Below, one piece after another: positions 1 to 12,156 of a stretch of DNA of 58,946 nucleotides. The stretch comes from Chloroflexota bacterium (lineage in GTDB: Bacteria > Chloroflexota > Anaerolineae > Anaerolineales > UBA11858): assembly GCA_039714275.1 (NCBI GenBank), contig JBDLJO010000002.1, positions 1 to 58,946 of the forward strand, in the 5' to 3' direction. The notes under the pieces were generated by a model. The model had not been told where the DNA came from. It ran no database searches and saw only the letters and a program-made list of their open reading frames with translations. Position numbers and translations under genes: made by a program. The first letter of the stretch is position 1, and each line of letters opens with the position of its first letter.

Positions 1-2106
<2,106 letters not shown>

Positions 2107-2188
2107 TTACCGATGCTAACCGCATCAATCTATTATGCTTAAGTCGCTCTCAATGACCTATTGAGATACTTCGAACATATGTACTGGT

Positions 2189-2236
2189 AAAAGACAAACA
2201 AAAGCAAGCGCATGAGGTTTTTTCCGTCTCAAGCGC
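2189..2236 (-). terminator. Terminator/attenuator-like hairpin plus T-rich tail in the rpoC leader
   Basis: On the minus strand, GCGCTTGAG-N11-CTCATGCGC forms a 9-bp stem with one mismatch, followed by TTGCTTTTGTTTGTCTTTT. It lies between the predicted promoter and the rpoC start. Confidence 0.3.
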
Positions 2237-2273
2237 TCGCAGCGATTAAATATTTTTATTGTACGCGGTTTGA

Positions 2274-2302
2274 ATTATACAAGATGCCCCCACCCCAGTC
2301 AA
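2274..2302 (-). promoter_or_regulatory. Sigma-70-type promoter candidate upstream of rpoC
   Basis: The minus strand reads TTGACT-N17-TATAAT (-35 at 2302-2297, -10 at 2279-2274), about 200 nt upstream of the rpoC GTG. Confidence 0.4.
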
Positions 2303-2334
2303 GGTTCAGATGCGATAAAAGCGGTGCTAGATCT

Positions 2335-5300
2335 TTACTCAACTGTTTGATGAATGGGAATTTCAAAGTAAAAGATACTCCCAGTTCCCAGCTGACTTTC
2401 AACACCAACACTGCCTTGATGGCGCTCGACAATGGATTTCACAATCGCCAATCCAAGCCCTGTGCCCCGATCTTTCGTACTATGGCGATCAGCACTGCGA
2501 TAAAACTTTTCAAATAATCTGGGCTGATCAATTGGTGATACTCCAATCCCTGTATCCTGCACTGCAAAGATCACCTTCTGGTTTCGAGCTGTGACACGAA
2601 CCCAAACGGCTCCGCCTGCGGAAGTATACTTTACAGCATTCTCTACCAATTTTTGAACAGCTTGCTGCAGCAAAGCTTGATCGCCTTCTATTTGCTGCGG
2701 CAGCAATTGAGGGATTTCTACTTGTAGTTGAACTCGTTTTTGATCTGCCTGCCCCTGAATGTTTTCTATGACCTGATCAATTAAATGGCTGACCTCAAGC
2801 ATTTCTAGCTGTAATCCTACGCCGGCCTCAATTCGTCCAATATCGAGCAAACTGCTAATTAAATGGGTGATTCTTTCGATGCCTATATCGATTTTCCGAA
2901 CATAGTTAGTTTGTTGGGGGTTTAAATCTCCGACCATGTCTAACATGGTTGCATAGCCACGCATCAGGGTTAATGGTGATCTCAAATCATGACTGACCGT
3001 AGCAACAAATTCGGATTTCAGAGAATCTAATTCTTTGAAATGGGTCACATCTCGCAAAACGCAAACACGCCCAATTTGCTGACTTTCGGCTTCAATCGTG
3101 GAAGCGGCAGCGAAATAAAACCTTCCATTGGGCAATGAAATTTCAATCGAACTATCTTCTTGTGTTGAAGGGCGCAGCAGATCAATCAACGAATCTTGGG
3201 TAATAACATCTTCTACAGGTTGACCAATACTGGCTTCCAACCCCATACCCAAGGCTTGCCAGGCAGCACGATTCACCAGCAGCAATTGATCAAGTTGATC
3301 GGTAACCAGGACAGGATCTGGTGTAGATGCCAAAATTGCAGCCAGTCGGCCGCGTTCAAATTCAGCCGTCATAAAGAGGTGGGCATTCGATGCAGCCAGG
3401 GCAGCCTGACCAGCAATTGTAGTCAAAAATTGAACTTCTTCATCAGAAAAGGTGTGAGGTTGACCATAACCCAACCATAAAACGCCGTAGCGTAGATGTT
3501 CGTGGAAAAGGGAGACTGCTAATAAGCTTCCCAAATGCGGGGCATCGGGGCCAAATTCTAACAGCGGCGTTCTAGTTGGATTGGTCAAAACCAGTTGTTT
3601 ATATCCATGAGCAATCATTACTGCAAGAATTTGGTCATCGAAGTAGCTAAAAAGTTCCGAATCACGTCCCAAGCCCAGGCTGGATGGCATACTGCTGTTA
3701 TGAATTTCCGATACTACGTCAGAAGTTAACACAATCCGAGCTGATGTTGCTCCCATGCTTAAGGCCGATTCCAGGATGGGCTTTACAGCAGTTTCAATTT
3801 CCAAACTAGAGGCCACTCCCTGGCTAACCAACAGAAGACGATTGAGTTCATCGAGGCGCGCTTTTAAGCTGAGCCGCATTTGCTCAAAAGAATAGCGCAA
3901 ACGACCCACTTCATCATGGCCACCTGACTGCAAAGAATGGTCAAGTTGACCTTGAGAAATCCGCTCCGCTTCATTGGTCAATGAGCGAAGTGAAGAAGTG
4001 ATTACCCGTAAACTGACTCGCAGCAATATCGCTGCAATAACTGAGAGTATAAGAATTACCAGCAATAATGGTGTGGCAATATCCAAGGCTAACTGCTGGG
4101 CCTGCTGAGCGGGGACCATTACGATCACTGCCCAGGGGCGGCCTAGCAATGGCTGGACATAAACAAATTGACGAGTGCCATCCGGAGCGGATTCATGATA
4201 AAAATCACTGACTTCAATGCTGTGTGTTGTATACTCTGAAATTAAAGGGGCGGCATCAGCATGGTATAAAACACTGCCGTTCTCATCTACCAGCAACCCA
4301 TATCCCCCCATATCATCCATACTATTCAAGTTAGTACGAATTGATTTTGTGAATGGGTTGGCAGCAAAATCTGTGCGTCCAATAAGCACACGATGATCTG
4401 CTGTCTCTAAATCCGTAATAGAAGCGACAAATGATATTTGTGTTCGGGCAGTTTTTTTCAAGGGTAAGATCACATGGACTTGAACTGGAACACCGTTGAG
4501 GGCGCGATCGATACCTAATTGTTCACCCGGACTTGAAAGCACTTTGGAGAAATCTTCTTGAGGATAACCAGCAAAAGCGTTTCCTTGGTCATCCAGTACA
4601 AATAGTTCGTGGAAGTAAGGCACATTATATAAATGTCCCTCCAACGTAGCTTGATAATCATCAGGTGCAATTAGGGATAAATCTGAAGCGATCTGAAGGA
4701 TCAAACTTTGGCCGGTGTCCAGGAAATAAGGTACGCCATCGACAGCAACTTCAGCGGCGGTTTCCATACGCTGGCGCAGCATGCGCTCAGCAGCATTACC
4801 AGCGACAAACCAATCTCCCGCAATAAATATTAGAAGAAGGATTGCCAACAAAGGCATTAAAAAATAGAAGAAGCGTGACTCTAAATTGTTTTCTGCCGGG
4901 GATGGTTCCCACGGCGGTTGGGCACCCCAGTTTTCCGTAAAAAATAATTTCAAGAATTCGCAAAAAATACCCGCAATTATTAAAGGGATGGCAAAGACCA
5001 AACTTGACGCAACAACATGTGTTAAAGCAAAATCTAGTTTTGCGGCTAACAGCCCATTAATAACAAAGAGCATGTTGATGATATAAATCAAAGGATAAAT
5101 TATACTTAGCCCAATGGCGGCAATCAATGGATGTCGCAGCCATTTGAACCCTAAAGTTCGAAAGCGCTGCTGCATCGCCAGAGAAAATAATACGGACGCA
5201 AAGATAAACTCAATGGGAGTGAAGTAGGAATGTGTACTCCACAATCCTAAAATCAAGCCGCTCAACGCGGCAATACCTGCTGAAGCAAACGGGCCTAGAA

Positions 5301-5619
5301 GTCCAGCCGCCAAGACCCAAGGTAGTGCAGAAAACAGCATCAATTCAACACCAATAGATCCGTTAAGCATATCGGGTAAAGATGACACCGTTTTTTCAGG
5401 TATAAACAATCCAATAAAGAAACTGGATACCGGTGCTGCTACTACCAGCAATCCAAGAATAACACCATCTTGTTTTTGCCATTTTCTTTGATATTTCCGG
5501 GTGAGATAAATTAAAACTCCGGTTATTCCCAGCCAAATAACAAACCCCACTTTTGCAGCCCAGCTCGAAAGTGGCATTAAAAATGGCGTTTCATTTATAA
5601 GAGAAAAAATCAAAGACAT
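2335..5619 (-). CDS. Multi-domain sensor histidine kinase: about 8 N-terminal TM helices, an extracytoplasmic domain, TM/HAMP-like linker, GAF/PAS-like middle, HisKA and HATPase
   Basis: 1094-aa ORF. H-box SEFVATVSHDLRSPLT, ATP-lid motifs VENAVKYT, DTGIGV and GTGLGLAIVKSIVERHQG, and a long hydrophobic N-terminus. Confidence 0.9.
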   Translation of the reverse strand: MSLIFSLINETPFLMPLSSWAAKVGFVIWLGITGVLIYLTRKYQRKWQKQDGVILGLLVVAAPVSSFFIGLFIPEKTVSSLPDMLNGSIGVELMLFSALPWVLAAGLLGPFASAGIAALSGLILGLWSTHSYFTPIEFIFASVLFSLAMQQRFRTLGFKWLRHPLIAAIGLSIIYPLIYIINMLFVINGLLAAKLDFALTHVVASSLVFAIPLIIAGIFCEFLKLFFTENWGAQPPWEPSPAENNLESRFFYFLMPLLAILLLIFIAGDWFVAGNAAERMLRQRMETAAEVAVDGVPYFLDTGQSLILQIASDLSLIAPDDYQATLEGHLYNVPYFHELFVLDDQGNAFAGYPQEDFSKVLSSPGEQLGIDRALNGVPVQVHVILPLKKTARTQISFVASITDLETADHRVLIGRTDFAANPFTKSIRTNLNSMDDMGGYGLLVDENGSVLYHADAAPLISEYTTHSIEVSDFYHESAPDGTRQFVYVQPLLGRPWAVIVMVPAQQAQQLALDIATPLLLVILILSVIAAILLRVSLRVITSSLRSLTNEAERISQGQLDHSLQSGGHDEVGRLRYSFEQMRLSLKARLDELNRLLLVSQGVASSLEIETAVKPILESALSMGATSARIVLTSDVVSEIHNSSMPSSLGLGRDSELFSYFDDQILAVMIAHGYKQLVLTNPTRTPLLEFGPDAPHLGSLLAVSLFHEHLRYGVLWLGYGQPHTFSDEEVQFLTTIAGQAALAASNAHLFMTAEFERGRLAAILASTPDPVLVTDQLDQLLLVNRAAWQALGMGLEASIGQPVEDVITQDSLIDLLRPSTQEDSSIEISLPNGRFYFAAASTIEAESQQIGRVCVLRDVTHFKELDSLKSEFVATVSHDLRSPLTLMRGYATMLDMVGDLNPQQTNYVRKIDIGIERITHLISSLLDIGRIEAGVGLQLEMLEVSHLIDQVIENIQGQADQKRVQLQVEIPQLLPQQIEGDQALLQQAVQKLVENAVKYTSAGGAVWVRVTARNQKVIFAVQDTGIGVSPIDQPRLFEKFYRSADRHSTKDRGTGLGLAIVKSIVERHQGSVGVESQLGTGSIFYFEIPIHQTVE

Positions 5620-5779
5620 AGAAAGCGACTACCTACTCTGCGATGTAAGAAATAACTTTTTTGATTATAGCACTTCTCAACCTGTAAATATCAACAATGG
5701 GGTAGGGATTTTGTAAATTCTCGAAATAATCCGACACGTATTAATAGTAAATATCAAAGTTTTGGAATGGTTTGAATAT

Positions 5780-6508
5780 TTAATCACCGTAGACTCCACG
5801 ATATTCGGAAGGCAGCAATTGGGCCAGAGACTGCATGATTCTTTCAGTACCTTTTTGGATGGACTGGCGCCGATTTTCATAAATTTTGAGCCGAAAAGGT
5901 TTCCCAATTTTGACACTAACTGGCGTGCGCCTAAAACGCTTTAAATCCGGGTAAATTTTCATGTTTTCCGTACCCGTCAATCCAATTGGAATAACAGGCA
6001 CATCAGCTTTAAGAGCAATGTATGCCGCACCTCCAGTGCCTTGTTCAAGGGCACCGCTCAAACTCTCGCGCCCTTCCGGAGCAATGGCAACCATGCGACC
6101 CTCTGCTAAACCAGACAAAACAGCCCGTATAGCACGCCGGTCAGGTTGACCGCGATGTACCCAAATCGTACCGTAAGCATCCATTAAGCAACCAACAATT
6201 GGAAAATCATACAGTTCAATTTTCCCCAGTATTTCAAAATAGGCCGGAGTGGCAGCCAGCCCAACAATGACATCGGCATCACCCAAGTGATTAGAAACAA
6301 GCAGGGCAGGACCATGTGAGGGGACATTCTCAAGCCCTTCGACACGAAGTCGAATTATTGACCAAACAAATATTCGGACCACCCCGCGCAACAGCCATCG
6401 AATTATCTTCCGAGTTCTGGTCAAAGCTGGAAGGCGAACTAAATCTGGGCGAGTGTAACTACTTGTAGGTTTAGGTGAGAATAGCTTCGACATGATCGGT
6501 ATAGACAC
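5780..6508 (-). CDS. plsC: 1-acyl-sn-glycerol-3-phosphate acyltransferase family protein
   Basis: HX4D motif NHLGDAD and IAPEGRES motif. The start is either GTG 6508 or, more likely, ATG 6493. Either start overlaps the upstream paralogue. Confidence 0.7.
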   Translation of the reverse strand: MSIPIMSKLFSPKPTSSYTRPDLVRLPALTRTRKIIRWLLRGVVRIFVWSIIRLRVEGLENVPSHGPALLVSNHLGDADVIVGLAATPAYFEILGKIELYDFPIVGCLMDAYGTIWVHRGQPDRRAIRAVLSGLAEGRMVAIAPEGRESLSGALEQGTGGAAYIALKADVPVIPIGLTGTENMKIYPDLKRFRRTPVSVKIGKPFRLKIYENRRQSIQKGTERIMQSLAQLLPSEYRGVYGD

Positions 6509-7166
6509 CTCGATAATTTAGCGGCAACATGGCAGCGATATGAGACATAATGATGTTGGTGTTATTCTGACGTGCTGCCCGGCGTTCCGCGCCCCGACCT
6601 TCAATAGGTGGGAGATCAATGGGTGGACCAATACGCATCTCAATAGGTGGATGCTTACCGCGCAAGCCTAGTTCTATAAAATCTTCCGTAGCGCCAACAA
6701 CACCAACTGGCAATACCGGCACACCAGTCACTTCGGCAATATAGGCAACGCCTGGCCAAGCCGGCAATAATCCGGGTTGGTGTGATCGCTCCCCCTCTGG
6801 GGCAATCATCAACGGATGACCTGAACGCAAGGCTGAAATCATGCTGTCAATTAATGATCGATCAATTTCTCCGCGGTGAACAGGGATGACGCCATACATG
6901 CGCAATAAAGTGCCCTGGCCGCGCCGCTGCCACACTTCAGCAGCACCAACTACTTCCGCTGCTCGGGGCCAAAAAGATACCACAAAGGGAGGATCAAAAA
7001 GTGATACATGATTTATGGCGATCAAATAAGCTCCGTCTTTGGGAATATGATCTAACCCAGAAATTGAGACTTTCCCTAAACGACGAAACAACCAGCGAAA
7101 AACAGTCCGAATAACGGGGCGCAGCAAGCGTGTATGAGGTGCAAGATAATAATCATCACAGATCAT
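6471..7166 (-). CDS. plsC: 1-acyl-sn-glycerol-3-phosphate acyltransferase family protein (second tandem paralogue)
   Basis: HX4D motif NHVSLFD and IAPEGERS. The start lies 3 nt after the cmk stop. Confidence 0.7.
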   Translation of the reverse strand: MICDDYYLAPHTRLLRPVIRTVFRWLFRRLGKVSISGLDHIPKDGAYLIAINHVSLFDPPFVVSFWPRAAEVVGAAEVWQRRGQGTLLRMYGVIPVHRGEIDRSLIDSMISALRSGHPLMIAPEGERSHQPGLLPAWPGVAYIAEVTGVPVLPVGVVGATEDFIELGLRGKHPPIEMRIGPPIDLPPIEGRGAERRAARQNNTNIIMSHIAAMLPLNYRGVYTDHVEAILT

Positions 7167-7169
7167 AGC

Positions 7170-7853
7170 TCAATCATTATCAAAATAGGTCATAATATAC
7201 GCCAAGACTTCTTCCACGTCCATTTGATCTGAATCAACCAAAACAGCATCGTCAGCGGGGCGCAAAGGAGCTACAACGCGGGTGGAGTCTATTTGATCAC
7301 GTCTGCACATGGCAGATAATATGGATTCCAGGGTAATATCATCACCACGGCTCAAGGCTTCTTTGTAACGCCGAACCGCTCGCTCTTCAACCGAAGCATC
7401 CAAATAAATTTTGAGATCGGCTTCAGGAAGGACAACTGTACCAATATCCCTCCCAACCATAACGACAGAGCCGCGCAGCCCGATGCGGCGCTGCTGTTGT
7501 GATAGGGCTACACGCACACCAGGAATAGCTGAAACCGGCGAAACATTGGCATCAACTTCAGGAAGGCGAATCTGCCACGTGATGTCTTCCCCATCAGCAA
7601 TAATATCCGAATCACGGCCGTCATCGATTGAAGCTGGTCGTACATCAATCTGTACTTTTTGCGCCAGAGCTGTAATTTCATCCTCTTCCGGCAGCATCTG
7701 GTTGCGATCTAGTGCAATCCAGGTAATAGCCCTATACATTACTCCGGTATCAAAAAACAAGTAATTCAAATCATCAGCCAGACGTTTTGCCACGGTAGAT
7801 TTACCAGAGGCTGCGGGTCCATCGATTGCGATCATAGTTGGAAATTTTGTCAT
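7170..7853 (-). CDS. cmk: Cytidylate kinase
   Basis: 227 aa. P-loop IAIDGPAASGKSTVAKRLA, FDTGVMYRA, and typical length. Confidence 0.9.
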   Translation of the reverse strand: MTKFPTMIAIDGPAASGKSTVAKRLADDLNYLFFDTGVMYRAITWIALDRNQMLPEEDEITALAQKVQIDVRPASIDDGRDSDIIADGEDITWQIRLPEVDANVSPVSAIPGVRVALSQQQRRIGLRGSVVMVGRDIGTVVLPEADLKIYLDASVEERAVRRYKEALSRGDDITLESILSAMCRRDQIDSTRVVAPLRPADDAVLVDSDQMDVEEVLAYIMTYFDND

Positions 7854-7914
7854 ATTCGTTATCAGAGCCTAATGCCTAAACAGGCGTAATCAACTTATTT
7901 GTCATGCTTATTTT

Positions 7915-9606
7915 TTATTGACCAGCAGGTTCTAGCGAGAACAAATCATCGTGCACCCAAAGCACAATCTCGTCCACTTCTAGGGGCGATTCTCGAAAAA
8001 TCAACCAGCTTTCCCAATTTGAGGGCAGGGCACCGGTTGTATCAGCGCGCATCTGCCAAATAAAATTTTGGCCTCTGTACGCTGTCGCCAAAAGTGTACC
8101 ACTTTCAGCGGGTAAAGCCAAAATCACCGATGGGATTGCAAGTTGATCGGTATCTAAAGATGGCAAGAAAATAATATCCTGGTAATCACGCAGGGACCAA
8201 CGCAGCGCAGGCGAATCAATTAATATAATGCCGTCCAAGCTATTACCTTGGCCAGTTTTCCGCATTGAAAGATCAGTAATCGTTTCCAGCAGCAAATCTT
8301 CTTGACCGATACTGGTTTGTGGAAGCCATAATTCAGCGGGATTGGCAGGGAATACTTGAGAAACACCAAAGACGGCCGCAAAGGAATATACGACCAATGC
8401 GCTGCCAAAACCCAGAGCGAGACCTTGTCGTGCAGCTAACCAAGACCAACCCAAACCTACAAAAATAAAAGTCAGCGAGCTAAATATCAACAAACCCGAA
8501 AAAAGTGTTATCCGAATTATCTGCGCTTCATCAATCAAATGAAAGGATCCTGCTAAAATCAACCAGATCAAAATCAGAACAACAAATTGAGCTGCGGCCT
8601 GACCCCAAACAACCAACTGCTGCCAGGTACAATTGCCATAACGTGATATTCCCATCGCCGCCAAAACCCATACCGGTATTAATACCCAAGCCGCATCAAC
8701 TACTTGTCGACCAGGATATACCATCAAAACCACTAAAAACGCAAAGGCCCATAATGCCAATTTACGCACCAACAACCGCTGATGTTCTTCATGCTCTATC
8801 CCGATTACAAAAGCAAATATCACTGCCAAGGGCATATACATAATTAAAGCCATGATGATGCGACTAGGTGAAATACCGGAAGGGGTTGCCCATCCACGAA
8901 AATATGCTGCTGCGTCACCCCCGAAGGCACCCAAACCCAGCGAAGATGAGAAAGCAAAGGTACTGACCAGGATGTATACGGCAAGCCCAAATTTAAGGCT
9001 TATTGCTATTGTTTCTTTATTCATCCCTGTTAGGGGAAATGTTGAATTTGAGCCATCAATTCGGTTACGATCCCAATTTAATAGCAGTAAGCCAAAAATC
9101 AGTGTACCCGAGAATGCAATCCAAATCGATGGTCCTGAGAGCAATGCCAATGCACTGAAGACTCCCCCACTGGCTGGTTTTTTTCGATAAAACATCATCA
9201 AAGCCAGCGCTATGAAAGCGATAGCCATCATCGGACTACCCGCAGCTCGCGAAATGGCAATCAAGCCCGGATCAAGCGCTAACCCAAAAGCTAAAATCAA
9301 AGCAGCTTTTCGTCCAAGCAGCGAGCGAAAAGCTGATGGAATCAGCACAAGAATACTGCCAGATAAAGCGGGCCACAACCGCGCTAAGGCGCTACTGCTG
9401 CCCAGGAGAAAGAAGATTCCACGGGTAAGAGCAAAATAGGAGGGCTGCGACAAGGCACCCCGAGAAAAATCCCAGGCTTGAAGAGCGAACTCAGCTTCAG
9501 AATCGGAAAGAGGAGCTACTCCCAAGTTTAAAAATCGCAAACCTAACGCCAGGATGAAAGCGAAAGCATAGAAAATGGTTTCAGTATTGATTTGTTTGGT
9601 TGGCAT
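7915..9606 (-). CDS. Polytopic membrane protein, GT-C/GT39-like (possibly the TIGR03663-type partner of YYY proteins)
   Basis: 563 aa with more than 10 hydrophobic helices. The first loop carries an acidic motif, LSDSEAEFALQAW, resembling the ArnT/PMT first-loop D/E motif. There is a roughly 130-aa hydrophilic C-terminal domain. Confidence 0.55.
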   Translation of the reverse strand: MPTKQINTETIFYAFAFILALGLRFLNLGVAPLSDSEAEFALQAWDFSRGALSQPSYFALTRGIFFLLGSSSALARLWPALSGSILVLIPSAFRSLLGRKAALILAFGLALDPGLIAISRAAGSPMMAIAFIALALMMFYRKKPASGGVFSALALLSGPSIWIAFSGTLIFGLLLLNWDRNRIDGSNSTFPLTGMNKETIAISLKFGLAVYILVSTFAFSSSLGLGAFGGDAAAYFRGWATPSGISPSRIIMALIMYMPLAVIFAFVIGIEHEEHQRLLVRKLALWAFAFLVVLMVYPGRQVVDAAWVLIPVWVLAAMGISRYGNCTWQQLVVWGQAAAQFVVLILIWLILAGSFHLIDEAQIIRITLFSGLLIFSSLTFIFVGLGWSWLAARQGLALGFGSALVVYSFAAVFGVSQVFPANPAELWLPQTSIGQEDLLLETITDLSMRKTGQGNSLDGIILIDSPALRWSLRDYQDIIFLPSLDTDQLAIPSVILALPAESGTLLATAYRGQNFIWQMRADTTGALPSNWESWLIFRESPLEVDEIVLWVHDDLFSLEPAGQ

Positions 9607-9661
9607 GTACGATCAATGACCTTCTGGGTTCATTTTTCCGTTTTTTTATGCTTCAGGAAAC

Positions 9662-12145
9662 TTACTTTACTAAATATATGGTAACCGAACCATTTGCATA
9701 GCCGATATCTAAATTGCGGGAAAATTTTACTTCGGTTAGACCGTTGGGACAATTTTGAGTACCAGCTACATAAGTTACGCGCTCTAAATCGCCTACTACG
9801 ATATACATAATATTGTACTGTGACAAGATATGCTGAGCTTGATCCCAATTTGAAGTGCAATACAAATGTTCAATATCTTCTTGACGAGAGCCGATCTCTT
9901 CATATCCACCGCGCCATTGGTTTTCATGGGGAGCCCACCCTAATACCGCCGGTAAACCGCTGTGAATAGCCATCCGAGCGTAATTTGTATTGTAGTTTCC
10001 TCCAACTGCCTCAGCAATAACACCCAAAGGAGCGTCTCGTAGCCAAGCCATAGCTTGGGATTCTCCCAGGGAACTTCGAGCGATATAAGCTGCCCCATCC
10101 AGAGTCCATTCCGAGGGATTAAAGTTATTGGTCTTAGAGCGATATCCAAAGACGGGATAGATTATGGTCAATCCAATTAAGAAAACTACCATAGGTCGGA
10201 AAATTCTTTTCCACGATCTAGAAGATTTACCCCAGAGCACGAAAACAGCATAAGCTGTGGCCACTGACCATAAATGCCAGGCCTGGAAATAAAACTTGAA
10301 TATGGTATTGATGCGATAACCAAATAAGTCTCGCAAGAAGACAAATTCTGGGACCAAAACCGTCAAAGCTCCAATTACAACCAATAAAACCACAAATCGG
10401 TCTGAAGTTGAAATCTCAGTTTCTTCTGTAATGTGGTGATCGGTGTGAGGATGCCAAAGTAAAGTTATCCCCAATGAGATAAGAGCAAAAAGGGTCAACA
10501 ATGTTCCAGGAACAGTCAATCTGCGCAGAAAGCTCAAACCCAACAATGCCCCCCAATTGGGGGCAGCAACCGAGGCCAAAAAATTACTTGAAGCTAACCC
10601 GGCATCAGGATTTATTTGGGATAATCGAGGCAAAAAAGCGATCAATGCCGCTAATAGTAAAGAGACTGCCAGCAAGCCCAGCAGCCCAATCAAGGTCTGT
10701 TTTGCACCGACGAAGAAAGCTTTTCGGGTGCTGTTTTTATGCCACAAATCAAATAAAAAGACCAACAAAGGGAATAGAAAAGGCGCGAACATTATCCACA
10801 AGTAAACGCCTCGAGTTATATAGATCAAATTGGGAAGCATGCCTCCGGCCTGGGATGAAAATCCTATGTAAAAAGGCAAATACAGTAATATCCCAGTTAT
10901 TCCCAAGACAATACCCAATCCAAAGAAGTCTTTGATAAAGGCGCGCCAACTGCTTTTGAAATAAAAATTACGTAAGGCGTAAGCAGCAGCAAATACCGCT
11001 GTATAGATAGGGAAATCCCAGATATTGAGGAAAGCCATACCACCTAAAACAACCGCGCTCAGAAGAAATGCAGTAGGATTGAAGTCTAAAGTGAGATGCA
11101 GAATTTTTCCCTTTGAACCCCCAAGGAAAAGATTCAATGCCAACCCCAGGACCAAGAAAGCAAATGGCATAGCCAATACGTGGGGATGCAAATCACCTAA
11201 TATAAAAGAAAAGGTGGGAAATTCATCGATGATATCGCCTTTGTTAACCCCATTGAAGTCAAAATCCTGAACAATACGCGAAGCTTGCCACCACCACCAT
11301 AGAGGAAAGGAATCTGCCGGAGGCGGATTACGATAAGAACCGATGTCCAGCCAAGACCAGAAAGATGAGGTCCAGACTCCAAATTCGTCCAGTTTCCAAA
11401 ATACTTTCTTTATGCGCAGTATATGGAGAAAGCCACCCAAATTGCTTACGATCAGGACAAAGAAAGGTGCCATGAGGGCAGCAAGGGATACCTTGCGTGA
11501 TTTTTGTTCATTTCGTGAAGGCTGGTTTTTGCGAAGCAAATTATAGAGCAACCCATAAGAACCAACTGCGCTGAGGGCGAAAACTAGCGCCAGGCTGAGA
11601 TTAAATGCAACACTCCCCAAGGTGCCCGTTAAACGCGCCAACATAGAGACTAATACGTAGCCAAAATAATAATAAGAGATTGCGTAGCCTGAGAGCCAGG
11701 GATCATGGGGCGGCAAGGTTGGAGAGCGCAAAATGGCATTGATAAAGGCTAATTCCATTGGTTTCTCGGTACTGGCAGTTTCTGGGTTCGCGGCTCGAAT
11801 AACTGCCATCCCGATAAAAGCGACCAAGAACAGTACTTCGGTGGTGATAATATAAGAAGTGTGCTCACGCATCCAAACTTTAACGGATTGCCAATCCAGA
11901 CTTCGTGAAGCCCACCAAGACAATCCAGAGACCAAAATCAAGGCCACCAGCTGACCCCCAATATCATTTAGCAGGAAGCCTAACGAGCCCAGCAACCAAA
12001 ATAGAAATCCCCATAGAAGCAAGCCCAGAGCGCGGGCCAGGGCATAACCACGGTCAGGTAAAGCCGGCAGCAGTTTAAAAACCAGCGGCAACGTCAGCAG
12101 ACCCAGCAAACTAATTAAGAGATACCATGCAATAAAAGATGCCAT
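9662..12145 (-). CDS. Chlor_Arch_YYY / DUF2298 family integral membrane protein
   Basis: 827 aa and highly hydrophobic. Hallmark YYYxG (AISYYYFGY), EKPMELAFINAILRS..PPHDPW, EFPTFSFILGDLHPH and FKFYFQAW. Confidence 0.8.
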   Translation of the reverse strand: MASFIAWYLLISLLGLLTLPLVFKLLPALPDRGYALARALGLLLWGFLFWLLGSLGFLLNDIGGQLVALILVSGLSWWASRSLDWQSVKVWMREHTSYIITTEVLFLVAFIGMAVIRAANPETASTEKPMELAFINAILRSPTLPPHDPWLSGYAISYYYFGYVLVSMLARLTGTLGSVAFNLSLALVFALSAVGSYGLLYNLLRKNQPSRNEQKSRKVSLAALMAPFFVLIVSNLGGFLHILRIKKVFWKLDEFGVWTSSFWSWLDIGSYRNPPPADSFPLWWWWQASRIVQDFDFNGVNKGDIIDEFPTFSFILGDLHPHVLAMPFAFLVLGLALNLFLGGSKGKILHLTLDFNPTAFLLSAVVLGGMAFLNIWDFPIYTAVFAAAYALRNFYFKSSWRAFIKDFFGLGIVLGITGILLYLPFYIGFSSQAGGMLPNLIYITRGVYLWIMFAPFLFPLLVFLFDLWHKNSTRKAFFVGAKQTLIGLLGLLAVSLLLAALIAFLPRLSQINPDAGLASSNFLASVAAPNWGALLGLSFLRRLTVPGTLLTLFALISLGITLLWHPHTDHHITEETEISTSDRFVVLLVVIGALTVLVPEFVFLRDLFGYRINTIFKFYFQAWHLWSVATAYAVFVLWGKSSRSWKRIFRPMVVFLIGLTIIYPVFGYRSKTNNFNPSEWTLDGAAYIARSSLGESQAMAWLRDAPLGVIAEAVGGNYNTNYARMAIHSGLPAVLGWAPHENQWRGGYEEIGSRQEDIEHLYCTSNWDQAQHILSQYNIMYIVVGDLERVTYVAGTQNCPNGLTEVKFSRNLDIGYANGSVTIYLVK

Positions 12146-12156
12146 AAGTTTCGATA

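Noticed and set aside
2212-2517. 101-aa plus-strand ORF spanning the rpoC-kinase spacer and the kinase 3' end.
   Set aside because: It overlaps the well-supported HATPase domain coding region on the opposite strand. It has no RBS and no recognisable motifs.
8505-9439. Several 75-112-aa plus-strand ORFs (8505-8843, 8852-9190, 9212-9439). Similar ones occur across 10501-19184.
   Set aside because: All are antisense to long, motif-supported membrane-protein genes. Their basic, Pro/Arg-rich composition is typical of antisense frames of hydrophobic genes.
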